This document shows, piece by piece, positions 1 through 10,700 of a DNA stretch of 64,000 bases. Below the pieces are notes generated by a model, which worked only from the letters and a program-made list of their open reading frames with translations, did not search any database and had not been told where the DNA came from. This DNA comes from Gemmatimonadales bacterium. Lineage in GTDB: Bacteria > Gemmatimonadota > Gemmatimonadetes > Gemmatimonadales > GWC2-71-9. The position numbers were made by a program, and so were the translations under genes. The stretch lies in NCBI GenBank assembly GCA_038321865.1, contig JBBQFH010000012.1, positions 15,044 to 79,043 on the forward strand, written 5' to 3'. The stretch's first letter is position 1, and each line of letters opens with the position of its first letter.

Positions 1-2086
1 TCGGCCGAGCCGCGTCCGTCGAAAGCTGATCCCGCATTCGCTCGACTTCGGAGCGGAGCTCGGCCAGGTCGGTCTCCATCCGGTCGAGCGACCGCAACAG
101 TTCGCGCGACGCGCCGGCGCTCACCGGTGCCGCGACGCCGACCGCCGCATCCGGCACCATGACTGATGTCACCCGCAGCCGCCGCGGCTCGAGCAGGAAG
201 GTCCACACCAGCGCGGCCACGAACAGCACCAGCAGCAACGCCTGCGCAGCGAGCGATTCGACCGTCGGGTAGATACCCAGCGTGGGAATTCGGGGTGCCC
301 AGGGCACGATCGTCGTGGCAATGAAGCCACCTTCCTGAAGCTCGGCGATCCCCTTCCCGGCAAAGCCGAACGCCATGTAATAGAGGAACGCGCTGGTCAG
401 CGCGAAGAACGGCTTGAGCGGCAGCCGCACGCCAAAGCGGTTGATCGCGATATAGACGACGACCAGGACCGCTGCCCCGGCGAGCATGCCCGCCAGAACC
501 GGCATCACCGTCCCGCCCGCCCCGCCGGACACGAACAGTGCCTTGTAGAACAGCACCGTCTCGAACCCTTCGCGATAGACCGCCAGAAATGCCGCCGATG
601 CCAGCGCGAGCGACGAGCCGCTGGTGACCGCGTCCTGCACCTTGCTCCGGACGAACTGGTTCCACTTCACCACTTCCATCTTCGACAACAGCCAGTAGCT
701 CACATAGAACAGCACGACGGTGGCGACCACCATCGTGAGGCCCTCGAGCGCCTCCCGCTTGCCCGGGGTGAGCTGGAAAACGGTCTCGAGCACCGCGGCG
801 GTGAGCAGGCTCGCGCCAACCGCCACGCCCACGCCGATGTGAATGTCACGCCGCCGATTGGACGCGCCGGTCCGGGTGAGGAACGTGAGCAGCGCCCCGA
901 CAATGAGGATCGCTTCCAGCCCCTCGCGCAGCAGCAGCACGAACGACTGAAAGAACAGACTCAGCGGTGACAGCGTGTCACCGGCCAGCCGCTCGGCGTT
1001 TTCGAGTCCCGCCGCCAGGCCGCCCCGGATCTCGCCCAGCTCGGCCGGAGTGGCGCCGCCGGCCGCGCGCGTACGCAGGGACGCGAACGAAGTTTCCAGC
1101 TGATCGGCCAGGCCGGCGTTGCGCGCGCGGACAGTGCGCTCCACCTGCTCGAACGTCATGTAGGCGTCGAACGCCTTGGCGCTTGCCGCCGTCCCCGCCC
1201 CCTGCCCGACCAGCGCGAACGCCGAGTCGAGCTGGGCGCGGACCAGCGTGAAGACCGTCGCCGTACCGGCGCTCTGGCCGTTGTACGCCCGCACGGCGGC
1301 CACCCGGGCCAGCTCCGCCTGCGTCGGCTCACCGCTCACGCCGATCGAGCTGAGCAGCTCGGCGTCTGACATCCGCGCGGTCGCCGGGAAGCTGCGGAGC
1401 GACAGCGGAACCGCGCCCTGGGCTGCGGGCAGCCGGAGCAGCGACGCGTAGACCGCGGCGGCCCACCGGTCATCAGTTGGGAGACGAGTCTCGAACGCGG
1501 GCATCGCCGTGCCGGCAACGCCGATCGTGACGCGATGGTAATAGTCGAGGGGAGCGGTGTTTCCGAGGGACGGGCTGGTGAGATCGGCCGGGCGCGGCGA
1601 GAGCCCGGCTGCCAGTGGCCCGTCACCCCGGCCGAGGCTACCGTGACAGCTCGCACAGTTGGTTCGGTAGATCTCGGCGCCTCGCGCGATGGACGGCGCG
1701 ACGGCGGGCGTTTCGTCCAGCGAGACATGCAGCCGTTGCGATACGCCGAGCGCGAGCGCCTGCACCCGCGCGTCGAGCGAGTCCGGGGACGCGACCGCGG
1801 TGATCAGCGCCGCGACGGAATCAATGGCCGCAACCGCCGCCTTCGCTTCGGTGGCCGGCAGCAGCTCCGCGCTGTGCCGGGCTTCGGCCAGGAACAGCTT
1901 CGCTTCCTCGACCTCACCGGCCGCGACGACTCGTCCGCCGCGGACGCCGACCCGATACTCCTCGGCCGCCAGCTTCGCGGTCGCGGCGAGGCGGCGGACG
2001 GCCGGCGCCGGATCGTCGGCGACCGGCTGCTGCGCGACGGGCGCGAGTGCCAGAAATACAAGGTGGAGCGCACTGATGAAAACCAT
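1..2086 (-). CDS. Cytochrome c / FTR1-family iron permease fusion (PbrT-like); 3' end runs off the left edge
   Basis: Manual translation from ATG at 2086 (MVFISALHLVFLALAP, signal-like). In-frame CASCH heme motif at 1643-1657 and two FTR1 motifs (LLLREGLEA, VYREGFET) in a multi-TM region. No stop in the window, so absent from the ORF track. Confidence 0.9.
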   Translation of the reverse strand, partial: MVFISALHLVFLALAPVAQQPVADDPAPAVRRLAATAKLAAEEYRVGVRGGRVVAAGEVEEAKLFLAEARHSAELLPATEAKAAVAAIDSVAALITAVASPDSLDARVQALALGVSQRLHVSLDETPAVAPSIARGAEIYRTNCASCHGSLGRGDGPLAAGLSPRPADLTSPSLGNTAPLDYYHRVTIGVAGTAMPAFETRLPTDDRWAAAVYASLLRLPAAQGAVPLSLRSFPATARMSDAELLSSIGVSGEPTQAELARVAAVRAYNGQSAGTATVFTLVRAQLDSAFALVGQGAGTAASAKAFDAYMTFEQVERTVRARNAGLADQLETSFASLRTRAAGGATPAELGEIRGGLAAGLENAERLAGDTLSPLSLFFQSFVLLLREGLEAILIVGALLTFLTRTGASNRRRDIHIGVGVAVGASLLTAAVLETVFQLTPGKREALEGLTMVVATVVLFYVSYWLLSKMEVVKWNQFVRSKVQDAVTSGSSLALASAAFLAVYREGFETVLFYKALFVSGGAGGTVMPVLAGMLAGAAVLVVVYIAINRFGVRLPLKPFFALTSAFLYYMAFGFAGKGIAELQEGGFIATTIVPWAPRIPTLGIYPTVESLAAQALLLVLFVAALVWTFLLEPRRLRVTSVMVPDAAVGVAAPVSAGASRELLRSLDRMETDLAELRSEVERMRDQLSTDAARP

Positions 2087-2091
2087 TCTCA
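2077..2091. promoter_or_regulatory. Fur-box-like 7-1-7 inverted repeat
   Basis: TGAAAAC-C-ATTCTCA versus TGATAAT-N-ATTATCA (11/14 matches); AT-rich patch over the start of an iron permease. Confidence 0.6.
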
Positions 2092-2124
2092 ACCAATTAG
2101 TTGGATGCAGTGCGTAAAGTAGGG

Positions 2125-2529
2125 TCAGCCGGACGGGATTGGAAGCGCCGGGCCCTCGCGCTCGAGTATCGCGACCGCCCCCGCCGATGTGGCCGAATGC
2201 GTGAGCGAGATATGGATCCTGAGTTCGCCGGCGGCCGCCGCGGCCACGCCGAAGAGCGACACGCTCGGCCGTCCGTCGAGCGCACGCCAGACCTCGATGT
2301 CCTGCCAGCTGACACCGCGGCAGCCGGGCAGCGTCTGCAGCGCCTTGTACACGGCTTCCTTCGCCGCGATCCGTGCCGCGACGTGCGGGATCGGGTCGGG
2401 CCGGGTCGCCACGTACTGGCGCTCATGCTCGGTGAGCAGTCGGCGGAGCGCCTGGTCCGCCCGCCTGGCGAGCATCCGCCGGACCCGGTCGAGTTCCACG
2501 AGATCGATGCCGACTCCGACGATCGTCAC
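2125..2529 (-). CDS. acpS: Holo-[acyl-carrier-protein] synthase
   Basis: IVGVGIDLVE, AARIAAKEAVYKAL and HISLTHS motifs; GTG start overlaps the upstream stop. Confidence 0.93.
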   Translation of the reverse strand: MTIVGVGIDLVELDRVRRMLARRADQALRRLLTEHERQYVATRPDPIPHVAARIAAKEAVYKALQTLPGCRGVSWQDIEVWRALDGRPSVSLFGVAAAAAGELRIHISLTHSATSAGAVAILEREGPALPIPSG

Positions 2530-3257
2530 ATGCGGGCCCACCAGAACGCGGCCATCCCATGGAGCGGGCCCGGCACCGGGAAGAATCCGCCCAGTACCAG
2601 ACCCACGTAGCCGGCGATGCCCAGCACGGCCACGCTCACCAGCCAGAGCGGCCATCGGGGCCGTCGCCACGCGCGCACCCGCTCGATCTCCGGCGTCCAG
2701 GCCGCCAGCTCCTCGCTCGCTGCGCGGTCGAGTGCGAGCCAGGCGGACTCCACCCGCCGCGCGACGCCGCCGAGCGCTTCCTGCCACCGGGCGAGCGCTG
2801 CCGGACCGCGCGCCGCCGCGGGCACGGTTGATTCCAGTGCGTCGAGCGCCCCCACGAACGGTCCGCCCGAAATGCCGAGGCGGACGCCGATCGCGCGGCG
2901 CTCCTCATCGTCGAGCAGCAGGCGTTCAAGCTGGCGCGTCGGGAGGAGCGACTCGGCAGCGGCGGCCCGCATGCGCGCGTCGATCCGCGTGGCGACGCGA
3001 GCCGCCACGGCCGTCACCGCGCGCTCCCAGGCATCGAGCCAGGCGCGGCGGCCGAGCGAGGCAGCAGCGCCGTCCCAGTCCCCGGATTCGGCGAATTCGC
3101 GGGCGGCGGCACCGAGCTCGAAGATCTCGCTCACCAGCGCATAGCGGATATCATCGAAGGGGGCCGGCGCCTGCGCCCGCGGCGGCACGGTCTCGGTGAG
3201 CCGGCCCAGCAGCGGGCCAAGCTCGGGCACCACCGGGGCCGCACCGGCGGCGGTCAC
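2526..3257 (-). CDS. Hypothetical helical protein with C-terminal TM anchor
   Basis: Coupled ORF with 4-nt overlaps on both sides; C-terminal hydrophobic helix WLVSVAVLGIAGYVGLVLGG. Confidence 0.75.
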   Translation of the reverse strand: MTAAGAAPVVPELGPLLGRLTETVPPRAQAPAPFDDIRYALVSEIFELGAAAREFAESGDWDGAAASLGRRAWLDAWERAVTAVAARVATRIDARMRAAAAESLLPTRQLERLLLDDEERRAIGVRLGISGGPFVGALDALESTVPAAARGPAALARWQEALGGVARRVESAWLALDRAASEELAAWTPEIERVRAWRRPRWPLWLVSVAVLGIAGYVGLVLGGFFPVPGPLHGMAAFWWARM

Positions 3258-3814
3258 GGGCGACTCGCCAGCACGGGGCGCCCGCCGCGAGCCTCGAAGC
3301 GGGACACGAACGCGTTCAGCGAATCGGCGCTGAACACATCGCGGGCGATGCCGGTCGCCACGATCGCCGCTTCGATGGCGTCGGGAGGCCCTTCGACTTC
3401 CAGCAGCACGTCCATCCGCGGATAGGTCTCGATGCGCAGGGTCGCCTCGCCGAGGCGAAAGATCTCCACCATCCGGTCAATGGCACGCACCACGCGGTAC
3501 CCGAGGGACTCGAGCACGTCGGACGGCGGAGTGTCACCGGTGACGTCGCACTCGCGCTCGTCCCGGAGCTTGTAGCCGTCGGGTGAGCGCTGCGTCGGTC
3601 CCTTCCACGCCAGCTGCCATTCCTCCAGTCCGTCCTCTCGGCGGAACGTCCGCACCCTGAGCACCTCATCGCGGGCGCCGAGCTCACCGTTGCGGTCGTA
3701 CAATCGGTCCTGCATCCCCCCCACGAAGCGGAGGCTCGCACCGGCATCGTCGAGCCGCCGACGCAGCGCGTCGGCATCGGGAACGATGGCCTTGAGCTCG
3801 AGTTCGCTCGCCAT
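3254..3814 (-). CDS. CYTH domain protein (class IV adenylate cyclase / triphosphatase family)
   Basis: N-terminal ExExK (ELELK), LRVR, KGP and LLEVEG motifs. Confidence 0.85.
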   Translation of the reverse strand: MASELELKAIVPDADALRRRLDDAGASLRFVGGMQDRLYDRNGELGARDEVLRVRTFRREDGLEEWQLAWKGPTQRSPDGYKLRDERECDVTGDTPPSDVLESLGYRVVRAIDRMVEIFRLGEATLRIETYPRMDVLLEVEGPPDAIEAAIVATGIARDVFSADSLNAFVSRFEARGGRPVLASRP

Positions 3815-3816
3815 GG

Positions 3817-4515
3817 CTAGTCGAGGATGGCCGCGAGCACGCGGTCAGTATCGGAGAGGTCGGCGAAGACGGCGTGCGGGGCGCAGGCGGCAAGATCGGC
3901 GAGGGTGTAGCCGCCGGTCGCGACCGCGATGGCGCGGGCGCCGATCGGCACGCCGCAGGCGACATCGGCGGGTGTGTCGCCGATGATGACGACGTCCGGC
4001 CCGGCCGGCACGCGGCCGAAGTGCGCCTCGGCGCGTCGGGCCGCGATCGCGGGGAGATCGGGCCGGTGCGCGGCATCGCTGCCATAGGCGCCGACCGTGA
4101 ACCGTTCCGGCGCGACTCCGGCCGCCCGCAGCTTGAGCACGGCACCCCGCATCACGTTCCCGGTCAGCAGGCCCAGCACCACGTCGTCGAGCGCCTCCAG
4201 GCGTTCGAGCAGCGCGTGCACGCCCGGCATGACCGTCGTCGTCGTGCCCGGCCGGGCCAGCTCCCGCTCGAGCAGTGCCACATAGCGCTCGCACAGCGCC
4301 GCGACACGCTCCGCCGCGTGCGGCGCGTCGTGACCTGCCGCCACGAGCATTTCGGCCACGATCTGCGGGTCGGTCTTCCCGTCGAATCGGACGGTCCCGA
4401 AGCCGCCGGCCGGGCCCACCGCTTCGGAAAGGGCCGTCGTGATGGCGCGCCGGCCCGCGCCCGCGGTGAGCAGGATCGTCCCGTCGATGTCGAACAGGAC
4501 GAGCTTCCGTTTCAC
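3817..4515 (-). CDS. HAD-family hydrolase (phosphoglycolate phosphatase-like)
   Basis: LFDIDGT motif I, LLTGN motif II, IIGDTPADV motif IV. Confidence 0.9.
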   Translation of the reverse strand: MKRKLVLFDIDGTILLTAGAGRRAITTALSEAVGPAGGFGTVRFDGKTDPQIVAEMLVAAGHDAPHAAERVAALCERYVALLERELARPGTTTTVMPGVHALLERLEALDDVVLGLLTGNVMRGAVLKLRAAGVAPERFTVGAYGSDAAHRPDLPAIAARRAEAHFGRVPAGPDVVIIGDTPADVACGVPIGARAIAVATGGYTLADLAACAPHAVFADLSDTDRVLAAILD

Positions 4516-5315
4516 GCGACGGCCTGACGCCGCGCGAAGCGGCGGGCGGCGGCGAGCCGCGGACGGAGCGCCGCGCCCGCGCGCGATCCTTCGGCGAACG
4601 ACTCGTGCACCACCCCGCCGCAGGCGATGGTCGAGTGGACCAGCCTGCCGCCCGCTGCCGCGAACGCCACATGGGTGATGGCGGTGCCGCCGGTCTCGCT
4701 CCGGAAGAACAGCAGGTCGCCCGGCTCGAAGGCGTCGAGCGGGATCGGCTCACCGAAGGCGGCCTGCGCCGACGAATCGCGCGGGGTCACGATGCCGCGA
4801 GCGAGATACGTGGTCTGGACCAGACCGGAGCAGTCCGCGCCCCACGGTGTCACGCCGCCCCACTGGTAGGGCGCACTCTGGAAGCGCTCCAGTGCCCAGC
4901 GCTCCGGCGCTTCGGCACCGCTCGCGCGAAGCACCTCCGCGGCCGCGCGAATCGACCCACCGACCACCTGGCCGGAGCGCCCATCGGGAAGCGCAACGCG
5001 TTCGCCGGCCAGGCCGACCCGCGCCCGGAGCGGAAGCGCGGCCGGCACGCCGTCTACCGCGACGCGGGCGCCCTCGCTCCAGGCCAGCGCGCGCGCGCGC
5101 CACGCATCCGTGCCGGCGTCGTCCGCTTCCCGCACATAGCCGCGATGGGTCCATCCCTCGTAACGGTCGAGGCTGGTGCGGACCTGCAGCCATTCGCCCG
5201 AGCGGCCCAGTACGTCGGCCGTTTCGCCCAGCACCAGCTGGGTCACCTGTTCGGCGCGGACGCCCGCCGATGCGAGCACGGGCGCGATGGCCGCGGTCAC
5301 GATCGCGGATGTCAC
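4512..5315 (-). CDS. SH3 + NlpC/P60 (C40) peptidase, YkfC/dipeptidyl-peptidase VI-like
   Basis: VTQLVLGE...W...DRYEGW SH3b-like region; PYQWGG, DCSGLV and HV catalytic motifs; GTG start inferred from GTGA overlap at 5312-5315. Confidence 0.85.
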   Translation of the reverse strand: MTSAIVTAAIAPVLASAGVRAEQVTQLVLGETADVLGRSGEWLQVRTSLDRYEGWTHRGYVREADDAGTDAWRARALAWSEGARVAVDGVPAALPLRARVGLAGERVALPDGRSGQVVGGSIRAAAEVLRASGAEAPERWALERFQSAPYQWGGVTPWGADCSGLVQTTYLARGIVTPRDSSAQAAFGEPIPLDAFEPGDLLFFRSETGGTAITHVAFAAAGGRLVHSTIACGGVVHESFAEGSRAGAALRPRLAAARRFARRQAVA

Positions 5316-5494
5316 GACGGGGCGGGCTTTCCGGCCGCCGCCGCCGCGCACTTGGCGCATCGGGTCACGCCCCGAAACGAGCAGATGAGACAGATGAAGG
5401 TCCCGCAGTCCGCGCAGGGATAGCCTTCCGACGCCCGCTCCTCGCGGCCGCAGGCTCGGCACACCATCGCGTCATTCTCGTGGATCTCGGCCAT
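5312..5494 (-). CDS. Small Cys-rich (4 x CxxC) putative zinc-finger protein, 60 aa
   Basis: MAEIHENDAMVCRAC..CADC..CLIC..CAKC; GAGG upstream; fills the gap between two coupled genes. Confidence 0.75.
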   Translation of the reverse strand: MAEIHENDAMVCRACGREERASEGYPCADCGTFICLICSFRGVTRCAKCAAAAAGKPAPS

Positions 5495-5501
5495 TTCCGC
5501 C

Positions 5502-6848
5502 TCAGGCGCCGATCGTATAGCGCTTGATCTTGTTGATGAGGGTCGCGCGCGAGATGCCGAGCTCGGCGGCGGCGCGCGTCCGATTGCCCGCATGATGCTT
5601 GAGCGTGCGCTCGATGTGCTGCCGCTCGAGGTCGTCGAGACTCAACGGGGTGTGCCGCCGGTCGCCGACACCGGGCCGGGCGCGGAATTCGCTGGGCAGA
5701 TGCTCGATGTTGATCGACGGCTGGCCGCGCCCGAGGATCAGCGCGCGCTCCAGCACGTTCCGCATCTCGCGGACGTTGCCGGGCCACGGATAGGCCAGCA
5801 TGCGCTCGACCACTTCGGTGTGCACCGCGGTCGGCCCCTCGGGGAGCATCTTCTGCAGGTCGGTGAGGATGCGCGTGATCAGCGCGAGACGGTCCTCACG
5901 GGGACGGTCGCGCACCGCCGGCAGGCGCAGCGGCATCACGCTCAGCCGATAGTACAGATCTTCCCGAAAGCGTCCCGATTCCACCTCCGCGGCAAGGTCG
6001 CGATTGGTGGCGGCCACGAGCCGGACGTCCACCGTGATCTCGCGGGTGCCGCCGAGCCGGCGGAAGGTCTTGGTCTCGAGCACCTTGAGCAGCTTCGGCT
6101 GCAGCTCGGGCGCGAGGTCGCCAATTTCGTCGAGGAAGATGGTTCCCCGGTCGGCGATCTCGAACAGCCCCTGCTTGCGGTCCTTGGCGTCGGTGAACGC
6201 GCCTTTCTCGTGACCGAACATTTCACTGTCGAGAACGGTTGCGTTGAGGCCGGCGCAGTTCACTTCAACGAACGGCTCCTTGGCGCGGGGGCTGAGATCG
6301 TGAATCAGCCGCGCGACCCATCCCTTCCCGGTGCCGCTCTCGCCGGCGAGCAGTACCGTGGTGCGCTCGCTCTGGGCCAGGAGCCCGATCTGATGTGCGA
6401 ACTCGCGCATCTGCGCCGAGCTGCCGAGCGACTCGAGCCCCATCTGGGGGGCGGTGTGGCTGAACAGTGTTTCGTTCACCCGCCGGAGCCGGACCTTGTC
6501 GGCCACCCGCGCGGTGGCCGCGGCGAGGTGCGCCATGTCCACCGGCTTGGTGAGGAAGTTTTCGGCCCCGAGCTGCATGGCGCGAACGGCCGTTTCGATG
6601 TCGCTGTGTCCGGTGAGCAGGATGACCGCGGCATCACGCTGGCGCAGGCGCTCGAGCACCTCGAGCCCGTCCATGCCCGGCAGGCGAAGGTCGAGGATGA
6701 CCACCTCGGGTCGGAGCCGGTCGAACGTCGCCAGCCCGGCCTCGCCGCTCAGCTCCCGCGTGACTTCGTATCCCAGGCGCTCGAAGTAATTGCCGATCGA
6801 GCGGAGCACATCCACATCGTCGTCGATCAGCAGGACGGATTCGGCCAT
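5502..6848 (-). CDS. Sigma-54-dependent response regulator (NtrC/AtoC family)
   Basis: REC domain (LIDDD, ILDLRLP, TKP); AAA domain ([26 protein letters not shown]); Fis-type HTH. Confidence 0.95.
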   Translation of the reverse strand: MAESVLLIDDDVDVLRSIGNYFERLGYEVTRELSGEAGLATFDRLRPEVVILDLRLPGMDGLEVLERLRQRDAAVILLTGHSDIETAVRAMQLGAENFLTKPVDMAHLAAATARVADKVRLRRVNETLFSHTAPQMGLESLGSSAQMREFAHQIGLLAQSERTTVLLAGESGTGKGWVARLIHDLSPRAKEPFVEVNCAGLNATVLDSEMFGHEKGAFTDAKDRKQGLFEIADRGTIFLDEIGDLAPELQPKLLKVLETKTFRRLGGTREITVDVRLVAATNRDLAAEVESGRFREDLYYRLSVMPLRLPAVRDRPREDRLALITRILTDLQKMLPEGPTAVHTEVVERMLAYPWPGNVREMRNVLERALILGRGQPSINIEHLPSEFRARPGVGDRRHTPLSLDDLERQHIERTLKHHAGNRTRAAAELGISRATLINKIKRYTIGA

Positions 6849-7753
6849 CAGGAGCTCCGGTTGTGGAGGATGCGGATCGCGCCGGGAACGACGGTCGCCG
6901 TGAACGGGGTCGAGCCGCCGGGCTCACCGTCTAGCTGTACCGGCTCCGCGGGCTCCGACACGACCGAGACCTCATGCCCCCGGGCGTACGCGATGTACGC
7001 GTCGGGCCCGGTCCCGCCGGTGGTTTCCCGCAGCAGGTGCCACACCGCGCGAACGCTCTGGCGCAAATTGCTCGCGCGAATGACGATGACGTCCAGGATG
7101 CCGTCGTCCGGCCGGATACCCGAGCGCAGCCGGATGAACGGCGGAATCACCTCACCGCAGTTCGCCACCACCACCAGCGCCGCTTCGGCGGCAAACTCGA
7201 CGCCGTCCACGGAGATCTGGTGGCTCGCCGTGCGCAGTTCGCCAAGCAGCGTGAACGTCGTCGCCAGATAGGCTCCGATCTTCCAGCGACGCTTGCGCTC
7301 GGATGTCGTCGCAGCCATGACGCGTGCGTCGTACCCCGCCCCGCACGCCACCGCGAAGTACTGCACGCCGTCCGGCCGGTCCATGCGCCCCAGGTCGAAC
7401 GGGCGCGGGTGTCCGCGGATCAGCGCTTCGGTGGCGCGCACCGGCGAGATCGGAATCCGCAGGTTGCCGGCCAGCAGGTTGCCGGTCCCGCCGGGAATAA
7501 CCCCCAGATGCACCTCGGTCCCGACCAGCGCCGACGCCGCCTGCATCGTGGTACCGTCTCCGCCGAAGACGGCCACCACGTCGACGCCGGCGGCCACCCC
7601 TTCCGCCGCCATCCGGCGCGCGTCACCCGGACCCGCCGTTTCCCGCAGATCGGTGGCCCACCCCGCGCTCCTGAACGTGTCGACGATCGCGCGGACGGCG
7701 AGCGGCCGGGTGCGAGCGGCGGCGGGATTGGTGATGAGCATCGCACGCGCCAC
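6848..7753 (-). CDS. Diacylglycerol kinase family lipid kinase (YegS/DagK-like)
   Basis: NPAA, GGDGT, PGGTGN and QLDGE motifs. Confidence 0.92.
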   Translation of the reverse strand: MARAMLITNPAAARTRPLAVRAIVDTFRSAGWATDLRETAGPGDARRMAAEGVAAGVDVVAVFGGDGTTMQAASALVGTEVHLGVIPGGTGNLLAGNLRIPISPVRATEALIRGHPRPFDLGRMDRPDGVQYFAVACGAGYDARVMAATTSERKRRWKIGAYLATTFTLLGELRTASHQISVDGVEFAAEAALVVVANCGEVIPPFIRLRSGIRPDDGILDVIVIRASNLRQSVRAVWHLLRETTGGTGPDAYIAYARGHEVSVVSEPAEPVQLDGEPGGSTPFTATVVPGAIRILHNRSS

Positions 7754-10700
7754 TAGAACTCCCGGTCCCAGAGCACGTCCACACCGATCTGGTATGGGGC
7801 CGTGAGGCTGTATTCCGGGTTGATGCCGTTCGCACGGCAGGTCTGGAAGGTCGGCTCCACGCCGGCCTGCACCTTCCAGGCTCGGCCGAACCGGAAGTCG
7901 ACGCTGGCACCGAGATTCTTCGAGCCGAACCCGACCTGGTTGTTGCAGAAGCCCGCGTTGAGGCGGAAGAACAGCTTCGGGCCGATCTGCCAGCCGGCCG
8001 CGAGCTGCGTGATCGTGCCGCCCGCCACGGTGCCCCCGGCGAGCGCCGGGCGGATCTCGAGGAGGTCGACCGGCAGCCCGACGTCCGAGACGAGGGCCCG
8101 CTCGAGGTCGCTGGAGACCGCGCTCGTCAGGATGGACGCCGCGTTCTGAATCGCGTTCTGCTGCAGCCCCTGCGCCTGGCTCGCCGGCACGCCCAGGATC
8201 AGGTAGGACACCAGGTCCACTTCGGGCAGCGCCGGCCGGATGTTGGGGCCGCTCGACAGATCGAGCTGCGGCCGAAGCAGGGTGCCCGTGATCCGCGCGA
8301 TGACCGGGACGTCCATGCCGTTGGCGGCCCGCACCACGTGCTGCGCCTCGACGTCGAGCTTGGCGTTCAGATCCGGCGTGCCGAAGTACTGCACGGTGCC
8401 CTTGGTCACGTCGAAATCGCGGCTCACCGGCCCGATCTTGAGGGTGTAGGTGCCGCGCGGCGTCGAGAGCGTCCCGTCGATCCGGTACTCGCGCAGGCTC
8501 TTGTTCACCCGGACATCGCCTTCGAGCTGGATATTGGCCTCGGTCGAGCGCAGCCAGAACTCCTGCCCGACCGCGAGGTTGAAGTCGCTGATGGCCAGCT
8601 GCTCCATGAAGCGGTTCGAAAATCCGGCCCGCAGGCCGCGCTGGCGCACGACGGTCGTGTCCACCAGATCCAGATTGGTCGGATCATCGAGATCGATGAC
8701 GCGCTTGTTCAGCAGGTCGGCGAACCAGAGCGCGCCTTCATCGGCCGAGCCGCTCCCGCTGAAGGTGGCGCCGAAGAACGGGCCGTCGAGATCGAAGTGG
8801 CCCGTGGCCGCCAGCTTGAGGAAGTTGCGCTCGTTGATCGCCTGAAAGCCGCTCGCGTCCATGTGGATCGTCAGCACCGGACGGGTCAGCTCCTGGAGCC
8901 GTACGATGCCGTGTACGTCCAGCATGCCGCCGCCACTCTGGATCTTGACGTGCTCGATCGCCGCGGAATCGCCGCCGAAATCGGCGCGGCCCAGGATGCC
9001 CTCGTAGTGCACACCCAGGGCCGGGATGTCCATGGCGCCGTCGGCCAGCGCCACGAACCCGGCCAGCTGCGGAGCTTTCCAGGTGCCGACGACCTTGGCA
9101 TCCGCCGACAGGAATCCGCTGGCCCCGCGCACGCTGCTGGTGAACGCCTCGATCAGGCCCAGGTCGACGCTGTCGGCAAGCGCGCGCACGCTGATCGGGC
9201 CGTCCAGCTGGCGCTGCTTCACCCCCTGAAGCCCGAGGTCGATCGGCAGCTGCGCTTCCAGTTGCATCACCGTGTCGCCGCTGCGCGAGAGCAGGAGTCG
9301 CGTGTCGAGGCGCCGGTCGGTGTAGTCCAGCGCGCCCTGCACGTACGGCATGTATGCCTCGGCGAACCGGCCGTCGGCGAGCGACGCGGTGCCGTGCACG
9401 GTCGGGGCCCGCGCGGTGCCCGTCAACCGCAGGTCGAGCCCGATGGTGCCGGCGGTGCCGGCGGTGTCGCGGCCCATCAGATCGTAGACATCCCGAAGGT
9501 CCACGCCGTAGGCATGCACGGTCAGATCCCCCGGGCCGGACCGGGGCAGCCGGCCGGCGACGCTGATCGCGCCCGAGCCATCGGCCGCGGCCAGGCGCGT
9601 CGCGCCGAGCGTCGGCGCCGAGTCGCCGAGCGTGAGGGTCGTCGGCGCGTCGAGCCGCCATGCGCGAGTCGGCAGTGCCATCGCGAAGGTGTCGACACCC
9701 AGCACCGTGAGCGCGCCTCGGCGATACCACGACCCGGTTCCGTTCACCCGGGAGATGAAGCCGACGCCGGTCCCCACCGACCACCCAAGCGAGTCGGGGC
9801 GGCCTGACGCCGCGAGCGACGTGCTGGTGAACTGCCAGCCGCCGGTGGCGGTCGTGTCGGTGATGAGCGCGAGGGAGTCGCTGCGAAGCGTGCCGGCGAA
9901 GAGTGGATGAGCCCCGCCCGTGTAGCTGAAGCTCCCCGTATCGGACGGCGATCGAAGCCCCTGGAACTGGAAGTGCCGGACGCCGAACTGTCCGGCCATC
10001 CGGAGCGTGTCGAGACTGCCCGCGAGGGTGACGCTCGCGCTCGCGACGCCGCCGAGCGGGAGCAGGTACCGGCGCGTCGAATAGCGCGTCTGCCCGGTGA
10101 GCGCGAGCGCGAGCGAATCGAACGCGGTGAGGCTGTCAGCCGCCAGCTGGAGCGTCATCGTGCCGTCGTGCGGCCGGACCCAGCCGAGCGTGCCCGAGCC
10201 CCCGGCACGCGCGCCTTTCCACTCGGTGTACAGGGTGTCGAGCCGGATCACGCCGCCGGTCACACCGAGGTGGGTGTACAGCGTGTCGATGGTCCACTCC
10301 CGGACACTGCTCCGGTCGAGCGCCAGCTCGAGCGTTCCCTCCGGCGGATGCGGAGACTCGGCGGTGCCGGTGGCGGTCAGCACGCCGTTGAGCCGCGTCC
10401 GGGGCCCGCTCCCCTGCAGCGCCGCCAGGTTCAGGGCGGAGAACCGGACCCGCAGTGCGTCGGCGCCCAGTCTCGGCGGCACCAGCGTCATGCCGCCGTG
10501 CGCCTCGATGGTGCCGATCTCGCCGCTCAGCGTCGCGTCCACGGCCAGCCGCTCCATCGTCCCGGCCAGCTTCACGTGCCCTCGCACGTCGCCCTGGGTT
10601 TTCAGCGTCGGGAAGCCGCGGCGGATCCCTTCGAAGGACAGCGGGTCGAGCTCGAGGTCGGTGTCGAGCGCGAGGACCTTGCCGCGGGTGTCGAGGTGGA

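Noticed and set aside
6186..6203. GAFTDA instead of GAFTGA as a sign of a sigma-54-independent regulator
   Set aside because: The critical F and T are retained and GAFTDA is a common natural variant
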